This document shows, piece by piece, positions 1 to 8,977 of a stretch of DNA of 64,000 bases. The translations under genes and the position numbers were made by a program. The notes under the pieces were generated by a model. That model ran no database searches, was not told where the DNA came from, and worked only from the letters and a program-made list of their open reading frames with translations. The DNA comes from Candidatus Kryptoniota bacterium (GTDB taxonomy: Bacteria > Bacteroidota > Ignavibacteria > Kryptoniales > JAKASW01). Location of the stretch: contig JAHECO010000005.1 in the NCBI GenBank assembly GCA_024641705.1, positions 98,188 to 162,187 on the forward strand, in the 5' to 3' direction. The stretch's first letter is position 1. Each line of letters starts with the position of its first letter.

Positions 1-716
1 TTCCCCAGGTAATACAGGAATGTGTTCAAGCCACCGACGACGACGAAAGGCTTGTGATGTTCAATTCCATAGAACGCCTTCCGGATGACAAGCGACGGGG
101 GGTGCACTCTCAGGAAAGTCTTTGGCTTTGCCATGCCGGCATTCCTGAAAAAACTTGTGTCGACGGGGCCGGGACAAAGAGCCATGACTTCCACTCCGGT
201 GCCTCGGAGTTCGTTCCTCAACGCAAGACTGAAACTGAGGATGAACGCCTTAGTCGCAGCGTACGTCGCCATGTAGGGAACGGGCTGGAAAGCGGCCGTA
301 CTTGCAAGGTTGATTACGGTGCCTTTTCTTTTCCGGAGGAACATCTCGATAAAGTAGCGGCTCAGTTCCTGGACCGCGATGCAGTTGAGCTCCGTCATTT
401 GCAATTCGTTCGCGAGATCGAGGATGTCGAACGCTCCGTTTGATCCATAGCCTGCGGAGTTAACGAGATAGGAAACGTCCAGTTCGTTCTCGGTGCAATA
501 TTCCGCAAGTCTCTTTCTCTCTCCGCTCTCGGCGAGATCGAGCGCCAGGCCGATGGACTCGATCCCAAAGGTTGTGCTGAGTTCAGCCGCGATGGCTTTA
601 AGTCTTTCTTCTGATCGGGCGACGACCACTATGTTCACGCCTCGTTTGGCAAACTCGCGGGCGAATTCCAGGCCGATTCCGGCCGAGGCCCCGGTTATGA
701 CAGCGTACTCTTTCAT
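1..716 (-). CDS. short-chain dehydrogenase/reductase (SDR), C-terminus cut by window edge
   Basis: Absent from the ORF track because it runs off the window. Reverse-strand translation from the ATG at 716-714 reads MKEYAVITGASAGIGLEFAREFAKRG (TGxxxGxG Rossmann motif). It later reads PYMATYAATKAF (YxxxK catalytic motif). The frame stays open to position 1. Plus-strand ORFs 54..443 and 493..756 are antisense shadows. Confidence 0.85.
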   Translation of the reverse strand, partial: MKEYAVITGASAGIGLEFAREFAKRGVNIVVVARSEERLKAIAAELSTTFGIESIGLALDLAESGERKRLAEYCTENELDVSYLVNSAGYGSNGAFDILDLANELQMTELNCIAVQELSRYFIEMFLRKRKGTVINLASTAAFQPVPYMATYAATKAFILSFSLALRNELRGTGVEVMALCPGPVDTSFFRNAGMAKPKTFLRVHPPSLVIRKAFYGIEHHKPFVVVGGLNTFLYYLG

Positions 717-861
717 TGGCCTTCAATTTTGTGGTAACGTTGTGCGGATCAGATGAAGGGCAGGGTCCGACACCTGCGTATTTTATGCGCAAACGGCTGA
801 AAAAGCAAAGGATCTGCCGGGTGCTCTAACTTGAGGTGCGAATCAGATCGACCGGTTCACC

Positions 862-890
862 TTGCATTTATTCCGGCGCTTCGATATATT
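862..890 (+). promoter_or_regulatory. sigma70-like promoter candidate (TTGCAT - 17 nt - TATATT)
   Basis: TTGCAT lies at 862-867, followed by a 17-nt spacer and TATATT at 885-890. The site sits in the divergent intergenic region between the SDR gene and nif3. It is a sequence match only, and the promoter consensus of this organism is unknown. Confidence 0.35.
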
Positions 891-896
891 TTCCAT

Positions 897-1019
897 GTAA
901 TTTAGAAAAAATGACAAGCAGAAAAGGCGAGTATCTGATCAGGAAGTTTTTAAGAGATAATTCGAAGGTTGGTCAGAATATATGAAGTGTTCCAATGAGA
1001 AGCGGAACACTTTTTTTTT
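897..1019 (+). ncRNA. candidate short transcript (sRNA, 24-codon small-ORF mRNA, or leader/attenuator of the nif3 operon)
   Basis: Bounded by the promoter-like element at 862-890 and the intrinsic terminator at 987-1019. It contains ATG 911 .. TGA 985 (MTSRKGEYLIRKFLRDNSKVGQNI) with no obvious Shine-Dalgarno. I recognise no known RNA family. Confidence 0.3.
987..1019 (+). terminator. rho-independent terminator
   Basis: A 7-bp stem GTGTTCC (987-993) / GGAACAC (1004-1010) with a 10-nt loop is followed by a run of nine T (1011-1019). It lies 12 nt upstream of the nif3 ATG. Confidence 0.7.
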
Positions 1020-1031
1020 GCCCTTTCATAA

Positions 1032-2132
1032 ATGAACCTGGTTGACGTAGTAAAGAAGATCAAAGAGAAACTTCCTGTCGAGCTAGTTGCGGACCAAGAT
1101 AACGTCGGGTTAATAGTTGGTGATTATGATGATGACTGCGGCACGATGATCGTGGCGTATGAACTGAACGGCGGTGTTGTCGACGAAGCAGTCAATTCCG
1201 CGTCGAATTTGATTGTGACGTACCATACCCCTCTTTTTCGAGCTGTAAAGTCTCTCACGTCGTCAAAGTCGAACCCCGATCCTCTCTTGAAAGCAGCACA
1301 GTCGCGTATCAACGTCTTTGCCGTCCACACTGCCCTGGATGTGCCGAGCTACGGGTTGAATTTTGACCTTGCCTCCCGACTCGGTCTGACTGGCGTCAGG
1401 ACCCTGTCGGCGCTGTCGGGAACACTCTACAAGATTGTCGTCTTCGTACCGGCAGACCATCTTGACAAAGTTCGGGACGCAATGTCCCGCAGCGGGGCGG
1501 GAAGGATCGGCAACTACACCGAATGTTCGTTTGCCGCTGAGGGCGAAGGATCTTTTTTGCCCGGCGAAGGAAGCTCTCCTTTCATAGGCCGACCGGGAAA
1601 ACCGGAAAGGACAAGCGAGTCGAGACTGGAAATGGTCGTGGAAAAATCTTTCGCGGGAAAGGTGATCGAGGCGATGCTCAACGCCCATCCTTACGAGGAG
1701 GTTGCCTACGACATCTACGCTCTGGTCAATAGCTCGGTTAACTACGGATTCGGAGCCGTTGGAGAACTCGACGAACCTCTGGAGGTGAGAAGGTTTCTCG
1801 ATCGCGTCAAGAAGGTGCTCGGGATCTCTTCGCTGAGATTGTCGCACATCCCGGAGTCAAAGGTCAGGAAAGTGGCGCTCTGCGCCGGTTCGGGAATGCC
1901 TTTCTACAGGGACGCCGTGCGTGAGGGTGCGGACATATTCCTGACCGGTGACGTTAAACACCACGACTTCAGGGAAGCTAGGTCGGGACGCACGATACTC
2001 GCGGATGCGACCCACCGCGCCACGGAGAAATTCGCCGCAGAACTCCTTCATAAAATTTTGAGAGAAACATTTGAAGATAGAATCGTTGTCAGTTTAAGTA
2101 AGCACGAATATGACAGTGCCGTCATTTATTAA
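1032..2132 (+). CDS. Nif3-like dinuclear metal centre protein (GTP cyclohydrolase 1 type 2 / YbgI family) with central PII-like insert
   Basis: 366-aa ORF. N-terminal DNVGLIVG and VTYHTPLF/AVHTALD His motifs and a C-terminal DATH motif are typical of NIF3/DUF34. The downstream COG1579 partner is the usual neighbour. Confidence 0.85.
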   Translation: MNLVDVVKKIKEKLPVELVADQDNVGLIVGDYDDDCGTMIVAYELNGGVVDEAVNSASNLIVTYHTPLFRAVKSLTSSKSNPDPLLKAAQSRINVFAVHTALDVPSYGLNFDLASRLGLTGVRTLSALSGTLYKIVVFVPADHLDKVRDAMSRSGAGRIGNYTECSFAAEGEGSFLPGEGSSPFIGRPGKPERTSESRLEMVVEKSFAGKVIEAMLNAHPYEEVAYDIYALVNSSVNYGFGAVGELDEPLEVRRFLDRVKKVLGISSLRLSHIPESKVRKVALCAGSGMPFYRDAVREGADIFLTGDVKHHDFREARSGRTILADATHRATEKFAAELLHKILRETFEDRIVVSLSKHEYDSAVIY

Positions 2133-2150
2133 CTTATCCAGGAGATCAAG

Positions 2151-2891
2151 GTGGTTGTTAAGGATAAACTGAAGACTCTTTACCAGCTTCAGCAGGTTGA
2201 CCTCAAGCTAGACGGACTGCTTGAGGAAAGAGGCGATCTGCCGGCGGAGGTTGAAGATCTCGAGAAGAAAATTACGACGTTGAAATCGCAAGTCAAGGAA
2301 AACGAAGATTACCTCAAGAAGGCCGTCGTACGCAAGAAGGAGATCGACAAGGAACTCGACGAGGTGCGGAAAAGGATCGATAAGTTCACCGACATGCGCA
2401 TCAAGGTGAAGACCAACAGAGAATACGACGCCCTCAGCAAGCAGATAGACAACTCGAAAGAGAAGCTGCAGGACCTTCATAAAGAACTCGAAAACATCCA
2501 GGCCAAGGAAGCCGTTTCATCGAGGGATGTAGAGAAACTCAAGGTTGAGTTCGAGGAGGAGGAAGAAGTATACTCATCGAAGAAGGTGGAGCTGGAGGAG
2601 CTCGTCTCCCTCACGCACGACGAGGAGAAAAGATACGTCAAGGAGCGCGACAAATACGCGCAGAAGATCGACCGGCAGACGATATCCAGATACGAGATGA
2701 TACGCAAAGCTACGAAGGGAAAAGCTATCGTTCCGGTGGTCCGGCGCAACGCCTGCGGCGGGTGCTACAATGTTCTTCCTCCTCAGAGACTCCTTGACCT
2801 TCGGCAGATGGAGAAGATTTTTACCTGCGATCATTGCGGACGGATTCTCGTTCCGAACGAGATTGTCGAGGAAACGGCCCACGATGTATGA
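2151..2891 (+). CDS. coiled-coil C4 zinc-ribbon protein (COG1579/DUF164 family)
   Basis: 246 aa. It has a long K/E-rich coiled coil followed by CGGC..(x)..CDHCGR zinc-ribbon cysteines. It sits in the classic position after nif3. Confidence 0.8.
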   Translation: MVVKDKLKTLYQLQQVDLKLDGLLEERGDLPAEVEDLEKKITTLKSQVKENEDYLKKAVVRKKEIDKELDEVRKRIDKFTDMRIKVKTNREYDALSKQIDNSKEKLQDLHKELENIQAKEAVSSRDVEKLKVEFEEEEEVYSSKKVELEELVSLTHDEEKRYVKERDKYAQKIDRQTISRYEMIRKATKGKAIVPVVRRNACGGCYNVLPPQRLLDLRQMEKIFTCDHCGRILVPNEIVEETAHDV

Positions 2892-3292
2892 AATTGACCG
2901 CGAACATAGACGGAGCGTCGTTCGGCAACCCGGGCGCCAGCGGGCTGGGAGTCGTCCTTAAGGATAGCGAAGGAAAAGTCCTAGTAGAGCACTTCGAACA
3001 CCTCGGACACGGCACGAACAATCGTGCCGAGTATATGGCTTTGCTCAGAAGCATAGAACTTGCGGAAAAGCTCGGCGGTGACGAACTTGAAGTGCTGTCG
3101 GACAGTCAGCTGGTTGTTTCGCAAATGAACGGCGTCTATAAGGTCAAAAACGGCGATATAAAGGCGCTCGTTCTCAAGGTCAGGGAAAGGCTGGCGCGGT
3201 CAGGATTGAAATTCAGGATTGTCCATGTCCGCAGGGAATTCAATAAAGAGGCGGACAAACTTGCAAAGAAAGGAGCAGGGCTTGTTGTTTAG
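2888..3292 (+). CDS. ribonuclease H (RNase HI-type fold)
   Basis: The ORF track gives 2834..3292. The likely start is ATG 2888, overlapping the preceding TGA (ATGA). Translation reads MKLTANIDGASFGNPG...NNRAEYMALL...LSDSQLVV...NKEADKLA, which matches the DEDD RNase H catalytic pattern. Confidence 0.8.
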   Translation: MKLTANIDGASFGNPGASGLGVVLKDSEGKVLVEHFEHLGHGTNNRAEYMALLRSIELAEKLGGDELEVLSDSQLVVSQMNGVYKVKNGDIKALVLKVRERLARSGLKFRIVHVRREFNKEADKLAKKGAGLVV

Positions 3293-3740
3293 GAGTGAGC
3301 CAGGCAGCCGCTCCGACTTCGGTCGGGGAGGAAAGTCCGGACTCCACATGGCAGCGGGCTCCGGTGTTCGCTTCGGCGAATGTCGGAGGCGGGGCGACCC
3401 GACGGAAAGTGCCACAGAAAATATACCGCCCCGATCCAACTCGTTGGATCGGGGTAAGGGTGAAAAGGTGGGGCAAGAGCCCACCGTTCCCGGTGGTGAC
3501 ATCGGGATGCACGGTAAACCCCCCGCGGAGCAAGACCAAGTAAGGGAGAATTCCCGAACGGACTTTGTCCGCTCGGGAGCGAGGCTGCCAGTCTCGCTTT
3601 CCCGAACACGAGGTTCGGGATCCCGATCATCACACGATGTGAAAGGATCGGGAGACTCCCGGGTAGGTCGCTCAGATAAATGGCTGCCTCTTCTCCGCCT
3701 CGGCGGAGAAAAGACAGAATTCGGCTTATCGGCTCACTCC
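3292..3740 (+). ncRNA. rnpB: RNase P RNA, bacterial type A
   Basis: P1 pairs GGAGTGAGCC (3292-3301) with GGCTCACTCC (3731-3740). Universal blocks are present: GGAGGAAAGTCCGGACTCCACA (about 3325-3348), GAAAGTGCCACAGAAAATATACCGCC, AAGGGTGAAAAGGTGGGGCAAGAGCCCACC, AGATAAATGGCTGCC and ACAGAATTCGGCTTAT (3714-3729). All ORFs over this span are spurious. Confidence 0.93.
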
Positions 3741-3772
3741 GCTTCTTGTTTCGGCTTGTCGGAAAGAACCAG

Positions 3773-5521
3773 ATGAACTACAGCTGGAAACTATCGGAGC
3801 AGGCAGACGACAGGGTCACTGGTGAGTTGGCCCGGCAGCTGAACGTGAAGCCTATCATCGCGAAACTCCTGGCGCAGCGGGGCCTGGACTCGGTCGAAAA
3901 GGCAAAGACGTTCTTCTTCTCAAGCCTTAATGACCAGCACGACCCGTTTCTCATGGACGGAATGAATGCGGCCGTGGACCGCGTATTCGAGGCACTCGAA
4001 AGGTACGAGAAGATTCTCGTGTACGGTGACTACGACGTGGACGGTACCACAGGTGCGGCATTGCTCTACATGTTTTTCAGGAAGCTCGGAGCCACCGTCG
4101 AGTTCTATATTCCGGACCGGCTGAAGGAAGGGTATGGAGTAAGTACGACGGGGGTCGAGTTTGCCTCCGCGGGAGGATTCACGCTTCTCGTCACTGTCGA
4201 CTGCGGAGTCGCCGCCGGCAAGGAAATCGCTTATGCCGCCTCGAAAGGGATAGACACGATCGTCTGCGACCACCACGAGGTCGAGGATTGCCCCGATGCC
4301 GTGGCCGTGCTCGACCCGATCAAGCCGGGATGCGATTACCCCTTCAAGTACCTCTCCGGCTGCGGTGTGGCATATAAGTTTGCGAAAGCCATATCGATCA
4401 AGCTTGGAAAGAGCGAACTTCCCGACGAATATCTGGATCTGGTAGCAATCGCGGCGGCGGCGGACGTCGTGCCGCTGGTCGGGGAAAATCGGATCTTCGT
4501 CCAGGCGGGATTCAATGCAATAGCAAGTCACCCGAGGGCAGGCATCAAAGCGCTTCTCGAGAGTGCCCGGCTTGAAGTCGGAAGGCTCACCACCGGTCAG
4601 GTTTCGTTCAATATCGCCCCGCGCATCAACGCGGTGGGACGGCTTGGAGATGCCAAACGGGCCGTGGAACTACTTATCACGGACAACGCGGACGTCGCGG
4701 AGGATTTCGCGCAGGTACTCGAAAGCGAGAACTCGCACAGGAAGCTTCTCGACGAAAAGACGTTTAACGAAGCCCATGAACTCGCGCTCGAAATGTTGTC
4801 GAAGAAGAATCTGAACTCGCTCGTCCTTCACAGGGAATCGTGGCATCCGGGCGTTGTCGGGATAGTGGCTTCAAGAATAGTTGAGACTTTTTACCGTCCG
4901 ACGATCATGCTTGCGACCGTAGACGGTGTGGTGCGGGGCAGCGCGAGGAGCGTCGCCGGTTATGACATCTTCGCGGCGATCAGAGAGTGCTCGGATCTCC
5001 TGCTGCAGTTCGGTGGTCACAAGGTCGCGGCGGGAATGGCCCTTATGCCGGAGAACCTCGGGCGTTTCGCGGAGAAGTTCGAAGAGGTGGTCGCCGGTAC
5101 GATTACTGAAGACCTTAAGACTCCGGTGATATCGATCGATGCCGACCTCGACCTCGGCGATGTCAACGGCGATTTCATGAAGAAGCTGAAGCTGTTTGAA
5201 CCGTTCGGGCCGCACAATGCAAAGCCGGTGTTTCGCACGATGAATGTGTATCTTTCGGACGCGCGAATCGTGGGGAACTCCCATCTCAAAATGAAACTGA
5301 GATCGAACGGCGTCACATTCGACGCGATCAAATTCAGGAACGGCGATAGCACCGTTAAGGCCGGTACGATGCTCGATGTCGTTTATTCGGTGGATGAAAA
5401 TCACTACGCGGGTAATGTATATTATCAATTGCAGCTAAAGGATTTTAGAAACGCTTCCGAATCCTCACAATCCCGGACTTCGACGGGACCGGGCTTCGGA
5501 AAAGAAAGCTTAGGAGGTTGA
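3773..5521 (+). CDS. recJ: single-stranded-DNA-specific exonuclease RecJ
   Basis: The track ORF 3680..5521 overlaps rnpB at its 5' end, so ATG 3773 (MNYSWKL) is preferred. DHH motifs are present (YGDYDVDG, VTVDCG, ICDHH), and a DHHA1 region (GGHKVAAG). Confidence 0.9.
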   Translation: MNYSWKLSEQADDRVTGELARQLNVKPIIAKLLAQRGLDSVEKAKTFFFSSLNDQHDPFLMDGMNAAVDRVFEALERYEKILVYGDYDVDGTTGAALLYMFFRKLGATVEFYIPDRLKEGYGVSTTGVEFASAGGFTLLVTVDCGVAAGKEIAYAASKGIDTIVCDHHEVEDCPDAVAVLDPIKPGCDYPFKYLSGCGVAYKFAKAISIKLGKSELPDEYLDLVAIAAAADVVPLVGENRIFVQAGFNAIASHPRAGIKALLESARLEVGRLTTGQVSFNIAPRINAVGRLGDAKRAVELLITDNADVAEDFAQVLESENSHRKLLDEKTFNEAHELALEMLSKKNLNSLVLHRESWHPGVVGIVASRIVETFYRPTIMLATVDGVVRGSARSVAGYDIFAAIRECSDLLLQFGGHKVAAGMALMPENLGRFAEKFEEVVAGTITEDLKTPVISIDADLDLGDVNGDFMKKLKLFEPFGPHNAKPVFRTMNVYLSDARIVGNSHLKMKLRSNGVTFDAIKFRNGDSTVKAGTMLDVVYSVDENHYAGNVYYQLQLKDFRNASESSQSRTSTGPGFGKESLGG

Positions 5522-5524
5522 GTC

Positions 5525-6274
5525 ATGTCCGGACATAATAAATGGGCCAAGATCAAACACAAGAAGGCAGGCACCGACGCACAGCGCGGGAAACTGTTCA
5601 GTCGCCTCATCAAGGAAATCACGATCGCTGCGAGAAGCGGCGGGGGAGACGTCAACGGGAATCCCAGGCTTCGGCTTGCCGTTCAGACCGCCAAGGACAA
5701 CAACATGCCGGCTGACAACATCAAGAGAGCTGTCCAGCGCGGTACAGGCGAACTTCCCGGAGTTCAATACGAAGAGATTACCTACGAATGCTACGGACCC
5801 GGAGGCGTCGCTCTCATGATAGAGCTCGTCACGGATAACAAGAACAGGACGGTTGCAGAGCTCCGTCACCTCCTCGACAGGAACAACGGGAAGCTCGCGG
5901 AGGCGGGATCGGTCGCGTGGATGTTTCAGAAAAAAGGGAGCATCGAGATCCCGAAATCTGTAATCGGGGAAGATGACCTGATGAACATAGTTCTCGAGGC
6001 GGGCGCGGACGACATGAGAACGGAGGAGGATTATTACGACATCACGACTTCATTCGAGGCCTTTGAGACCGTGAAAAAAGCGATTGAAGACAAAGGGCTG
6101 AAGATCAACAATGCCTCGGTTCAGCTCTTGCCGCAGAACATGGTTCGCGTGGAAGGGAAGGAAGCCGAACAGGTACTTAAGCTGATGGAGGCGCTCGAGG
6201 AGCATGAGGATGTGCAGAACGTCTATGCGAACTTCGACATAGACGATAGCGTCCTGGCGCAACTCAATCAATGA
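5525..6274 (+). CDS. yebC: YebC/PmpR family DNA-binding transcriptional regulator
   Basis: 249 aa. The N-terminus MSGHNKWAKIKHKKAGTDAQRGKLFSRLIKEI is near-invariant in this family. It is followed by ruvC and ruvA, as in many bacteria. Confidence 0.92.
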   Translation: MSGHNKWAKIKHKKAGTDAQRGKLFSRLIKEITIAARSGGGDVNGNPRLRLAVQTAKDNNMPADNIKRAVQRGTGELPGVQYEEITYECYGPGGVALMIELVTDNKNRTVAELRHLLDRNNGKLAEAGSVAWMFQKKGSIEIPKSVIGEDDLMNIVLEAGADDMRTEEDYYDITTSFEAFETVKKAIEDKGLKINNASVQLLPQNMVRVEGKEAEQVLKLMEALEEHEDVQNVYANFDIDDSVLAQLNQ

Positions 6275-6457
6275 GTTCAAAGACGCCGGAGGAACCCCGA
6301 AAGGCTGGATTCGCAGGACGTTCGGGCTATGATTTTAGTTGTACCAAGGCATGCCTCTTTTTGACGGTTGAGGAGACTTGCCGGGCCTCTGCGGCAAAGA
6401 CCGGTTTCTCCCATGCTGCGGGAACTTGTCTCATAAGAAGCTGATTGAGAATTTTGG

Positions 6458-7021
6458 ATGATCATTCTTGGTATCGACCCCGGTTCACGGAAAACCGGAT
6501 ACGCGGTAATAGATTCCGAGAACAACCGGATGACCATCCTGGATTTCGGGACGATAGTGCTCACGGATACGAATGTGATGCCCGAGAAACTTGTCAGAAT
6601 TTACACGAAGGTCGGGGAGCTTTTCCGACGGTTCCCGATAGGGAGCGTCGCAGTCGAGGCAGGCTTCTACGGAAAGAACCCGCAGAGCGCGTATAAACTC
6701 GGATACGCCCGGAGTGCCGCGGTGCTTGCCGCCGCCCTGGAGAATGTCGAGGTCATGGAGTATTCTCCCAGAAAAGTCAAGCAATCGGTTACCGGAAACG
6801 GTAACGCATCCAAAGTCCAGATCAAATATATGGTCAAGAGACTTCTCGCCGGTGCCGCGGATCTTCCTCTTAAGGAGGACGAAGCCGACGCTTGCGCAGT
6901 TGCGATATGTCACGCACAGAACCTTGCCGGCGGGAAGGCGAGGCACAGGAGCTGGAAAGAGTTCGTCGAAAAGAACAAAGGTCTCGTCGTGAAGTCTGCC
7001 CGGCTGGAGCGTGTGAAGTGA
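6458..7021 (+). CDS. ruvC: crossover junction endodeoxyribonuclease RuvC
   Basis: 187 aa. MIILGIDPGSRKTGYAVID carries the catalytic Asp motif, and DEADACAVAICH lies near the C-terminus. Confidence 0.9.
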   Translation: MIILGIDPGSRKTGYAVIDSENNRMTILDFGTIVLTDTNVMPEKLVRIYTKVGELFRRFPIGSVAVEAGFYGKNPQSAYKLGYARSAAVLAAALENVEVMEYSPRKVKQSVTGNGNASKVQIKYMVKRLLAGAADLPLKEDEADACAVAICHAQNLAGGKARHRSWKEFVEKNKGLVVKSARLERVK

Positions 7022-7614
7022 TTTACGGTCTTAAGGGACGGCTCGCTGTGAAGGCGCCCACGGCACTGGTCATAGATGTGAACGGCGTCTCGTACGAAGT
7101 GAACGTCCCGATATCCACTTACGATGCGGTGGGGAAAGTAAACGACGAGGTTTCGGTGTTCACGGTCCTGGTCGTGCGCGAAGACGATCTGCAATTGTAC
7201 GGATTCGCGACGGAAGATGAACGGAAATTGTTCAAACTGCTCATCGGGGTAACGGGTATCGGACCGAAGACGGCACTTGGACTCCTTTCTTCGGCAAGCG
7301 TGGCGGATATCTACGGCTTCATTTCGGGTTCGAACTCGCAGGCGCTCATGTCTATGCCCGGGATCGGGAGAAAGACGGCCGAGCGGGTCGTCCTGGAACT
7401 GCGGGACAAAGTCCAGCGCGCCGATATTTCCGTGTCCGGCGAAGTGCTGGAGGGCAAAGAAGAAGTCAGAGCGGGGGCGGTGGATGCGCTCGTCGCACTC
7501 GGTTACTCGAGGGCCCAATGCGAGCGGGCGATCAGGGAAGTGCTGAAGATCGATGCTTCGGCCGCGAAATCTGTGGAAGATCTCGTCAGGGCGGCATTGA
7601 GAGAGGTTAAGTAA
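7018..7614 (+). CDS. ruvA: Holliday junction branch migration protein RuvA
   Basis: The track ORF begins at 6892 inside ruvC. A GTG at 7018 (GTGA overlap with the ruvC stop) gives (M)IYGLKGRL..., the canonical RuvA N-terminus. HhH motifs GIGPKTA and GIGRKTAERV are present. Confidence 0.88.
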   Translation: MIYGLKGRLAVKAPTALVIDVNGVSYEVNVPISTYDAVGKVNDEVSVFTVLVVREDDLQLYGFATEDERKLFKLLIGVTGIGPKTALGLLSSASVADIYGFISGSNSQALMSMPGIGRKTAERVVLELRDKVQRADISVSGEVLEGKEEVRAGAVDALVALGYSRAQCERAIREVLKIDASAAKSVEDLVRAALREVK

Positions 7615-7793
7615 GACTGTCCGGGGAATCTGCACCCGGCTGTCGGGGCTGGGTGAAGGGCTGCCCATCGTTTTGTTTTGAATCGGGGATATTTCTTGCG
7701 GGAACTTTAGTGCAATGGATGCGCTTATCTCTATCGGTGCAATCTGCAGGCAGTGTCAGCCGATGTCGTCAACAAACCGGAGGGAGGAGAGCG

Positions 7794-8018
7794 ATGAGCA
7801 GCAAGGAGGACATAACCAGATCAACACGGTGGTTCAAGTACAGGCCGTGGATCGGCGTGCTGATCGGTATTGCCGCAGGAATATGGATCGGGCTCACTAT
7901 GCACAGCGCGCTTGACGGAGTTGTCGTAGGCATTGCGGAAATCCTTGCCGTCGGCATCACCGCCCGGCAGCAGAGGAATACGCAGGGCATGAAGGGTGAG
8001 GATGTTTCAGGCACCTGA
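7794..8018 (+). CDS. hypothetical small membrane protein
   Basis: In-frame ATG 7794 is preceded by GGAGGAGAG. Hydrophobic segments WIGVLIGIAAGIWIGL and VVVGIAEILAVGI suggest 2 TM helices. I recognise no family. Confidence 0.35.
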   Translation: MSSKEDITRSTRWFKYRPWIGVLIGIAAGIWIGLTMHSALDGVVVGIAEILAVGITARQQRNTQGMKGEDVSGT

Positions 8019-8096
8019 GTCCTACTTCTGCAATCCTCTGCTGGGGGGAGCGGGGCAATCAGTCTATTTCTGTTTCGCGACGCGACAGATGCTGTT

Positions 8097-8645
8097 TCAA
8101 TTCACATAAATCCAGAGACGTGAGTCCTGCTTGTAGTCGCGGATGTAAAGAACGCCTCCCCGGTCAAGAGCTGCTTCTATCCTGTCAATCGCATCGTCGA
8201 GGTTGCTGGATCCGATCATCGCCAGAACGATTCCAACTGCCTCTATCGATTCGACTCTCACCTTCGTAATCTTCTGCGCCCTGCCGCTGTCCGTGCTTTC
8301 GACTATCAGGTAATTGTGTCGTTCCGTCTCTTCCTTCATCGTCAGGTCGAACTTACCGCCGAATATCCTGGTCTCTCCGTTTCCCGTGCTATCCTCGATC
8401 CGGACTGTCGAACCGCTCTTGTAAATTGTCATCAGGGAATCGAAGTTCATCTTTGTGTCGTCGAGGGTCCATGTGCCCTTGGATGTTGCAAGAAGCTTGA
8501 GAAGGTGCAGAGACAACCCCGCTCTCTGCATAACGCTCCCATTTTCGGATTTCTCGATCCAAATGCATTTTGTTTGTGAATGAGCTTTGGCTGCCATGCC
8601 TGAGAGAAGAAGAAAGCATGCAGCCGCGATCAACGTGCTTTTCAT
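8097..8645 (-). CDS. hypothetical secreted protein
   Basis: Internal ATG 8645 is preceded by AGGAGG on the minus strand. It gives MKSTLIAAACFLLLSGMAAKAHSQ, a signal peptide. I recognise no family. Confidence 0.5.
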   Translation of the reverse strand: MKSTLIAAACFLLLSGMAAKAHSQTKCIWIEKSENGSVMQRAGLSLHLLKLLATSKGTWTLDDTKMNFDSLMTIYKSGSTVRIEDSTGNGETRIFGGKFDLTMKEETERHNYLIVESTDSGRAQKITKVRVESIEAVGIVLAMIGSSNLDDAIDRIEAALDRGGVLYIRDYKQDSRLWIYVN

Positions 8646-8977
8646 TTCGGACCTCCTTGAGTCATTCCTGGTGGGTAAGACGATTCTCGAAAATCTATAA
8701 GACCTAAAACCAGCCACGCGTCGTAATACGGTTGATCCCCGGGCGATGTTACGTTCAGCAGCGCCCTCGCCGGATAAACATTTGCACTTCGGCGGTCAGG
8801 CGGATAAATTATGCGCAAACAGAGAGACTCTTGTTCGAACGCGCAGCACAATATTGCGGCACCCGGCTGAGGACGCCGCGCACAGCAGGAGGATTTCGGC
8901 CGATTCGCTCGCCAATAGCAACCTGCCCACCACCCCTGAACAGATCACACCAACCTTAAAAAGGAGATGCAAATCCC

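Noticed and set aside
783-794. The exact 12-mer TTATGCGCAAAC is shared by two divergent promoter regions (783-794 and 8809-8820) and contains a TGCGCA palindrome.
   Set aside because: In a 64-kb window, on the order of a hundred exact 12-mer coincidences are expected by chance. The flanks do not match, so it is not evidence for a shared operator.
3680-3772. N-terminal extensions offered by the ORF track for recJ. The same applies to ruvA from 6892, the acyl-CoA dehydrogenase from 39327, proC from 61140, AMMECR1 from 21832, lutC to 51639, the TBDR from 10431 and the secreted protein to 8717.
   Set aside because: The extensions overlap the preceding gene or rnpB and lack family-typical sequence. 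Internal starts give canonical N-termini or signal peptides and often have a Shine-Dalgarno.
3200-3776. Several ORFs of 82-185 aa on both strands (3219..3776, 3200..3502, 3240..3539, 3289..3633, 3295..3543).
   Set aside because: They overlap the RNase P RNA gene, which explains the stretch completely. The translations are Arg/Gly/Pro-rich nonsense.
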